NCBI GenBank assembly: GCA_001724265.1
Contig: MEDY01000199.1
Location: forward strand, 1-53,248
Direction: 5' to 3'
Source: Rhizaria sp. SCN 62-66
Lineage: Eukaryota
DNA length: 53,248 nt
Shown here one piece after another: positions 26,301 through 35,300 of this stretch (position 1 is the stretch's first letter; the number at the start of each line of letters is the position of its first letter). A model generated the notes under the pieces. That model was not told the DNA's origin. It saw nothing but the letters and a program-made list of their open reading frames with translations, and made no database searches. Made by a program: the position numbers and the translations under genes.

Positions 26301-29300
26301 CGGACAACAACGCTGACTCAGAACTTGACGAGTATGATGCGGGCTCTGACTCTGGCTCTGACGATGAGTATGTTGTTGCTCATGCTCATAGTCACGCCCA
26401 CGGCCGCAGTCACAAGCAGCGTCGTCATCACCGGCACTGCCGTGTTCACGGCCAATCTGCTACTCACAGTCACTTAGGAGCGACCTCCTTAGATGTTGCA
26501 CTTCCGATCCTTAAAATGCTTCCCAAGACCCGTGGGTCATTCACCTTCGCAAGTCCCATCCCTCTTCCGCTTGTGCAGCCAACCAAAGACAACGTGAGCA
26601 CTACTCTCGGTGCTCACACAACGAGTGTTCTTGCAAACAGTAAACACAATGCTCCCGACGAGACGATTGCCAGCGCCGCTGATGCACAGATGCGGCCTGA
26701 GATCAGCCCGTTTCTTTCGCCGATTCGCGTTGCGCCTTCGAAGAGTATGTCTACAGCGCCCTTAGACCGCCTACACTCTCCCTTGCACGGCTACACATCA
26801 CCGTTGCAGCCCCACATCGAGAGAAACTCGTTGTCCGACTCTTCTCTCCCTGACGGCAACAAGAACAACAACGAGAGCAACGACGACGATACGCCAGTGA
26901 ATCCTGACGGCGACAACGACACCGGCAGTGATCGCGATGGCGGTCGCGAGAGAAACTTGCTGCCACCGTTGCCGCCCCGCTCCCCGTCGGCGGCGTTGAC
27001 GCACATTCAGTCCCGCAGCGGCTCCAGCTGTGAGTCAAGCGCCTCGTCCAAGCGCCGCCGCTTTCTGTCCAAGTACCCATCAGCGGAGTCGTCCTCGGCT
27101 GCAGCTCCAACCTCAAACACGGCTGCGTCGTGCAGAGCCGGCGTTGCCGCCGTCACTTTCTCTTCGACTGACTCGGTCGCCGCGACCGCAGCCGCAGCGG
27201 CCGCGGCCAAGGCGTTGTCGAAGACAAAGGCGGACTCGGGTAGCAAAGCCATCTTTGATGCACACGCTGAGGCGGCTGCCAGCCAGCTCGACCTGCTCTC
27301 GCCGCATATCGCGTACCGCTCACAGTCGCCCTCACACGGTCTAAGTACCCTCGCTATCCGGGCGCAGTCACCGAGTCCCCACGGCCGCTTGTTGTCGCTG
27401 GCGCGTTCGCAGTCGCCAAGCATGGCTCACGGGCATGTACTGCGCTCACAGTCACCCAGCCACCTGATGCGCGTTTCGATCGCGACATCGAACGCCACCG
27501 TCGGCAATCAGAGCGTCCAGTCTCCGCTGCTTACAGTCGCCGCCGCCGCTGCTGCCGCCGCCGCCGCCGCCACTGGCACTGGCGCCGTCGCTGGGACTGC
27601 GACGCCCGCGCTGCCCTCGCGCGCGCAGTCTCGCATGGGGCGGCCGCAGTCACGCGCGCTGCCGCGGCCCGCGGCCGGCCGCGGCTCGCCGGCCCCCCAC
27701 GGCTACGCGCCAAGCTCCGCTGCCGCCAACGATACGAACGCGGAGAACGTCGCCGCGGTCGGGACCGTGATCGGGGTCGACTTGACGTCGCGCGCCACAC
27801 CGACGGCGACGGCGACGGGGGGCACTGAGACCGCGACTGGGGCTACGCCGGCCAGAGGCCGGTCCAAGGTCAAGGCCGCTGTGAATGTTAATCCCAACAC
27901 GGATGCCAACACTGTCGACTCCAAGAACAAGAAGAGTGGCAAAGACAATCGTCTGCGCCCTCAGCCTCCGCCGGGGACCTCCACAGGCACTCACGTCAGC
28001 GCGTCTTTAGACGCCTGCGACGACACTGACTTGCTCGCGGCCCCTCTGTCATCACTTCATACACATGGGCACAGCTCTGCAACGGTGAGCTCCCGCAACC
28101 TTGTCAGTAAGCACGGTAAGAATAAGAGCAGCGTCAACGCGAACAAGTCCGACGCGGTGCCTCCAGTCATCACATCGACGCTGACACTGCTGCTGCCGTT
28201 GTTGCCGGCATCGGGCGCACCGACGCTGGTGACGATTCCGCCCGGGCGGCAGGCGGCTTATCTTAAGATCCCGATTCCGCGGGCCGCGCTCAGCGTCATA
28301 ACGGGCGGCTTGAGTCTGCGGATCCACGCGCGCCCGATGATGAACAGCAACGTTAACAGCAACGCGATCATTGCGAGTAGTCTTGGCAACGTCACGGAAA
28401 CAACCTCTGGCGTTGTAGCGAGCGGTTCTGATGGTCACCGTCTTGGCAACCCCTTGGATACGATTTGTGATGTGTATGTCAGTACAGAGGACGTCCACCC
28501 ATCTTCGCAGTCACACATGGCGTCATCGTTCCCTCTAGATCAGTCCAAGGGCGCACTTGCATCTGTCAGTGTTAGTGCCTCTCCAGTCGCAGGCGCAGTG
28601 CAAGTCGTACTTGCTCATAGTCACATTGTCGCAGCTGCAGAGTCCTTCCACCACAACGCGAGCGCGAATAGTAAACATAAGAATGCAAATGTTCGCCTTG
28701 CGTTAAACAGCAAGAACGGAAGTGACTTGCTGTGCTACGTCTTTGTCGGCGTCCATGCGTCCCACGTCCGCGGCTCTAAGTGGGTACTTACATCAAACCT
28801 CGTACCTGTGCCGACACCCTTAGTCTCCCTCGCCCTCAGCGGCACCGCCGGCGCTCGCGCCGCGGCCGCGGCTGCAGACGCGACTGTGGCGGCAACAGGT
28901 GCGGCGGCGGCGACGGCGGCGGCTGCGGCTGGTTTGTCCGCGACCGCAACTGCAGCTGCCGTTGCGGCTGCCATCTCGACTGCGCAGGCATCGGCTGCTG
29001 TGACTGCGAGCACTCATACGTTAAGTCTAAGCACCGCTGCTGTTGCTGCCGCTGCTAATGATCCAAGTCAGGGGTATGTTGTCGACGCGCAGAAGCTCCT
29101 CGCGCTGCCCTATGGCGACAGCGACGGCGTGGCGAAGAGCCGGCGCCGTAAGCAGCACAAACATACGTGCCTCTATCACAAGCGCGAGAGTAGCCGCAGG
29201 AACAGCTCTGCGCCGAACAGTGACAATGCCGTTGCTGCTGGTCCTGCTGTGACCACGACTGGCATCCCGTACCCGCCCGCTCCCGCCGCGTCAGCGTCGC

Positions 29301-32300
29301 TCTCGCTGCTGACTCTGTACCCTGGCCACCTAATCGACCTGCACGACCTGCTGTCGTCGCAGCGCCCGCCGCGCCGCTTTACGGCCGCGACGCCGGTGCA
29401 CGCGACGCCGGTGCGAGTGCCGTCCGCGTACCTGGGCAAGACGCGCCGCCACAGCAACAAGAACGATGCGCTCGAAAACAGCGAGTGCTGCGTGTCTGTG
29501 CCCGGCGCGGTTGTGCTCGAGCTGTCCGCGCCTATGCTGCGCGCCATTTTCTCGGTTCCGCGCTCCTGGGCCGTGGCGGCGCGCCGCGCGCTGGTCGGCT
29601 TGACTGCAGTGCACTCGCTGCTGTGCCTGGGCCAGGTCGCGTCCGCGCTGGCGCTGGCGTCGCTGCCGTCGGCGCTGGCGTATGTGCAGAGGCCGCTTGC
29701 CACCGCCTGGGGGGACTTGGGCGAGAGCGCAGATGATGCTGATGTGACACCACTTGCTAACTGTGGCACGAGTGTCAGTAAGCATATTGAGGGCTACTTA
29801 CATCCGCCGACGATGTACCCAGTCAACACGAACCCTATAGTACTTACTCGGCACACAGCCCCCTTAGACTCAACCACCAGTCCGACAGACACTGCCGAAG
29901 CCCACTTACACAGCTCTGGCGGGTACTTAGACCGCTCTCAGCAACCTGCGAGCGCTGGTCTCTGGTATCCGCCCCCTGTGTCGCTGCTCCAGCCTGCGCT
30001 CCCGGGTGAGAAGGGCCGGCTCAACTTTGAGTCTCTCGAGCGGGCCAAGGTCCAGAGGCCGTTCAGGGAAGATATCAACAAGTACCATAACAGTGCCAGG
30101 TCCCAGGGACGTTTGGCGCGCCCGAAAACAGCTAAGGCAAGAGTCACATTTAGTGACGCTGACATGAATGGTTCATCAGCGAATGGCAGCAATATTGTTT
30201 CAAGTTCGAGTTTGGGGGCGGCTGATACCACGGTTGCCCAAGAGACTGGCTTTGCCGCAGCTCTGCGGCAGCGCCGTCCTCAGCCTCCGTCGCCTGAGTT
30301 TGTTGCCGCTGTTGCCTCCACTGTCGCGGCGAAGCACCCCAGCGGCCTGCCGTTGATGACGCTGTCACTGACGCAAGAGCAGTACGCAACGCTGCAGCAC
30401 CAGCACCAGCAGCAGAGTGCCTCGAGCAATCTCTGCACTGTCGACTCAACAGCGTCGAGTGGCCCGGTGGGTGTTGCTCGGCCGAGCGGCGTTAGTTGCG
30501 GCCCCAGTCTGTGCAACCAGGCAGCGCTGGCGGCGCTCAGGCACATGGCGCACGGCCGCGCGCCGCTCTCTCAGTCGACGCTCCCGCAGTCAGTCACCAC
30601 GGGGGCGACTGCCGCTGCTGCCACCGCGGGCTGCAGCGGCGCGCCCCCGCAGAAGCTCCGGCAGCAGGCGCCGTGGGGCGCGCCCGAGGCCGCGGTCGAC
30701 GCCGCTGTCGAAGCGAGGAGCCGCAGCAACCAAAGTCAGGCGGCTGCCGAGACCGCGGGTGCAGGCAGTGATCGCGCCGGGCAGAGTAACAACAAGGACG
30801 TCGCTGCTGCCGGCACCGCAATTCTAGCCCTCGCGGCGGCCGCGAGTATCACTGCCAGCACGAGCGCGTCCAACAAGAACGGCCACGGTAGCAATGGCAG
30901 TGGAGCTGGTGATGTGAAGTACAGTCACGGCCACGGCGTCGTTATTGGCACCAAGCAAGGCAGCTCGCAAGACGCATACCTACACGGCAACAACAAGCAC
31001 CGCGGCATTTACAACGCTCTCCATTTAGACTCTGGAGGCTTGCCCGCCCCGTACTCTGCTGACGAGGCGGCGAACGTAAGTGCATTGAACCAAGCGAGCA
31101 CGATCAACACCGCACTGTTGCACGCAGCTGCGTTCGCCAGTCCGAACGACAACGCAAACGGCGCTGCAAATGCAGGCGCAAGTGGCGCCGGAACTAAAGC
31201 CACCTCGTCCTCATCATCATCGTCGTTGTCTGCTGATGCGAGCGTTGTTGGCGGCAAACTCCGGAAGTCTGTGCTGAATGGCGTGCTCATGGCAGCCGCC
31301 GCCGCCGGCGCCCCTGGCACTGATGTCTCCGCCGTACTTAAGTTAGGCCGCTTGACCAACACTGGTTTGCAACAGCAAACTCAGAGTCAAAGCAAGAGCG
31401 CCGGAAACAGCCTCATGATTGAATATAACCTCCCTGATGCGGCTGACTATGACGATGATGCTGACGACGCTCTTCAGACCGCTGAGGCTGACACTGCCGC
31501 TCCCGATTTCTCAATGACTTCATCTCTAGCGCAGCCTGTCACGTTCTCATCTTTCACGCCGAATGTCAACAGCGCCGCTGCCCCCACTGCCGCGCCGCCC
31601 GCGACCGCGCGCCCCCCGTCCCTGCGTTCGATGCCGCCCTCGGCGTCGGCGGCGGCAACGGTGGGCCCTGCGGCGCGCACGCGCTACTCGGCTGCGTTTG
31701 CGCTGAGCACACAGCGGCGTGCGCACCGGCACCTGCGGACCCACACCGCGCTGGCGGCCGTGGAGCGCGGCGTGGTGACCGTGGGCCGCGTCGAGCCGCG
31801 CCTGCAGTCGCGCTACGGCGACGAGAGCGCCGAGAGGGCCACCGGGGTGCTGCTCGATAGGCGCATGTACCGCATGGGTACCGCGAGTTACAGCAACAGC
31901 ATCATGAGCTCCACTGGTTATAGCACCGCCAATAGTACCATGAACACCAGCACCTGCAACGCGATCGCAGTTAACGAACAAATCGTTTGTGGTTCTGAAG
32001 CTGTGGATACTGCTAACGTCGCTGCGAATATACCTAGAGTCGGTGGCTCTGATGGCGTGGTCTCGCCAGCCTTGCCGGAGTTGCCTCTGCAGGTGCACGT
32101 GCAGATGGCAGAGCAGTCAGAACAGCAGCGGCGATCTCACGACCACGCGGTTGGTGTTGCTGCTGCTGCTGCTGCTGCTACCCTGCCGACTGTAGCTGAG
32201 GTCAGCAGGCGCGTTAGCAGGCGCAGCTCTCTGGTCGCGCAGCTGTACTCGCAGTCGCAGCTTTCACCGCGCGCAGCGCCGCTGTCGTCGCCGCTGACTG

Positions 32301-35300
32301 CGCCTCCGGGCGGCGGCGGTGAGTTTGCCTTGACCCCGAGAAATGCTGCGACGCTCGCTCGCACCAACAGCAATGCGCTCCTGGACAGCACTGCTGTTTC
32401 CGGCAGCGCGGTCAGCAGTGGCATTACTGCGATCGCTGAGAACAGCCGCGACGATAACGACTACGATGACAACTCTAGCAGTGACAAGACGGCGTCAGCA
32501 GCGGCTGCCAGAAACCAACTGAGCGGCAACGGCAGCCTTAACGCTGCAGCCACGAACTCAACCCAAGCGGTAACTGTGCCTGTCCACATGAGTCTCACGC
32601 GCGTGCTGTCGCTGCACCTGCCCACCGTGCCCCCGCCGCCGGAGCCGGTGTACCTGTCCCCGCGCGTGCGCCCGCTGCCTCTGCACAGCGACTACGCGCA
32701 CCGCGACAGTCTCCCCCTCGGCCACCTCCAGCAGGGGCAGCTCTCGCGCGCCAGCACCGGCAACGCAGGTGTCGGTGCAGCCGCCAGCGGCCCCGGAGCG
32801 CAGGTCCAGATGCCTGCGCATGTCATGTCGCAGTCGCTGGCGCTGGCGCAGTCGATTCAACAAGCGCAGGTGCTGCAGCAGCAACAACAGCAACCGCTCA
32901 CTGGATTTTTCTCTGCGAACACGATGTTATCATCTGCCACTGGCAGCAGCAGCAATACCAATATCCCCGCGATTGGCTCGAGCAACAACGGCGTCACTCT
33001 CGTGCCGAGGCATCGTCGTCAGACGAGCACACTCACAGACGGCTCTGTTTCGCCCAGGAATGGCGTCGCTTCGCCACGAAACACGCTGGCCAGCTCGCCT
33101 TGCAACAGCGTTGCCTCCCCGCGGAACAGTCTCGTATCTCAGTGGAGCAACGTCGCCTCGCCAAGGCACAGCGGACACTTTGGCAGCGGCAATAATGACA
33201 CTGTTGAACCAGGGGGAAATGCGCCAATGCCGTCAATTTCAGGAGTGGGCGGCCTCACATTGAGTGGAGTGAGTCTGCATCGCACCAACAGCAACACAAG
33301 TGCTGGCAACGCGAACGCTGGGGATGAGACAAGCGCAAATCCAAATGGCACTGCCAGCCTGGCTGTTCCAACGTTGCCGTTGGCCAATGTAGCCACATCG
33401 ACTGCAGCGCCGGCCACACTTCGCCGTGGCATGAGCCTCCGCCTGCGCTCTAGCTTCAACTCTAGCTCCAGCTCCAGTTCTAGCTCCACCTCTGGGGGGA
33501 ACCCCTTCTACGACAGCGCCGTGCCCTTGGTCTTCTCCGAGCCCTCGGAGAACGACGCGGCCCTCTCGCACCGGCGCGTGGTGTCGATGCTGGCGACCTC
33601 GGCCGCCGCGCGTGCGACCGCGACGACGGGCTTCTACAGTCAGTCGAGTGTCGCGCTGTCCGAGTCGATGGCGCACGCGAGAGCCGCGGCCACCGCGGCG
33701 GCGGCGGCGGCCGTGGTCACTGGCGGCGCTTACATCGGCGGCGCGGACCTGGGCAGCCTGAGCGCGTCCGGCGCATTCAGCGCCTCGAGTTCTCTCAACG
33801 CTTCCGGCAGCCTCAACAGCCACTCCAACACGGGCGATTTCGCTGCGTCGGCTGCAGCAACGCAGTCGCAGCAACATCAACAGCTCCAGCTTCAGATGCA
33901 GATGCAACAGCGCGCCGCTGTGCCTCTGACGCCCTCGCTGACTCACAGCCAGCAACACCCGTACCTGGGCATGCTGGCCGAGGTTAAGGCGCGCAGGCTC
34001 AGCCTGCGGCAGGTTGCTGTTGCGGCGGCTGCGGCGGGGCGGCTGCGGCGGGGCAGCCACAACACGGCGACGTCGAGTAGTCTCGGTACACACGGTGTAA
34101 ATACCCAAGGTGCGAGTACGTTCGGTGTGAATCCACAGTCAAGCATCGCGCTTGCTGGTGGTGAAACTGTCTCAGCTAATAACACAAGCAATCCTAACAA
34201 CAGCAGCGATGTTGATAGTGGAGTCGGGAGTCCGAAGCTAGCGAATATCGGCGTCATTGTTGACGTGGATGATGAACATGAAGGTAACAATGCAAACATC
34301 AACCTAAGTGCTGAGAATGACTTGTTCACGCCCCGGACTCATTTCGCCATCCTCGACTCACTCACTGTCGACAGCGCAACTAGCGATGCGCACGTCAACG
34401 TGAACGCGAGTGCATCTTTCGATAGCGTGGTCACAGAAACGACTCGTGGCGCCGACGTGAATGTCGCGCCTGCCACAAGTCACGTCGTCTGTGTGAGCAA
34501 TGATGCGAAAGATGTCACTTCTTCTGGCGATCAAAGCACCACTAATTCGGACGCACGTCCGCACAGAGGAGTGCCAGCGCGGCCGTTCAGTCCTCGCACT
34601 GTATTCACGTTTGGAGCTGCCGTGCCGAATCCCGCCAGCAATAATTGCGAGAACAGGGTGGCTGGCCACGTTGGAATCAGTTCCCATGCAGACCTTAACG
34701 ATGGCGCAGTCACTGACGCTGGCCCCACGCGCCCACGTCGTGAGACTCATGCAGGCGAGATGGATGACGTTGCAACAGCTGCTGAAGCAGCAAAGCCGCC
34801 CTTAGCAGAAACTGCAGCATCAACGACCACTGTTGCGAATAGCAGCAACGCTGTCTCTGCCATCCAGGACGTCTCCGCTTCACGCAATACTGTCGCATCT
34901 CGTGGCGTTGCTAACATCACCATCTCCGTGCCTGAAGCGAGTGGCTTGGATCTCAGCTCCTTCAGCGCGCCCTGGTCGCCCAGCCTGTCTCGTCCGCCCG
35001 CAGTGCTGACGGCGGAGACACGCGCCAGCCTCGCCGCCGCCGCCGCCGCCGCTGCGGCCTCCGTCGCGCAGGCAGCCGGGGTCCGTGCCCACTTGGACGA
35101 GCTGCCGCGCAGGTACTTAGACCGGGACACATCGAGGACCGTGGCGCTGTCGCTCCGGCAAGCGCGCGCACGCGCCGTGTCTCAGGGCCTCGCGTCGGTC
35201 ACCACGACCAACGCGGGCGCCGGCGTGAGCGCGAGCGTGGGGGCAGGTGTTGGTGCTTGTCGCAGTGGAGCTGGCTCTATTGCGGGCGAGCCAACCGAGA

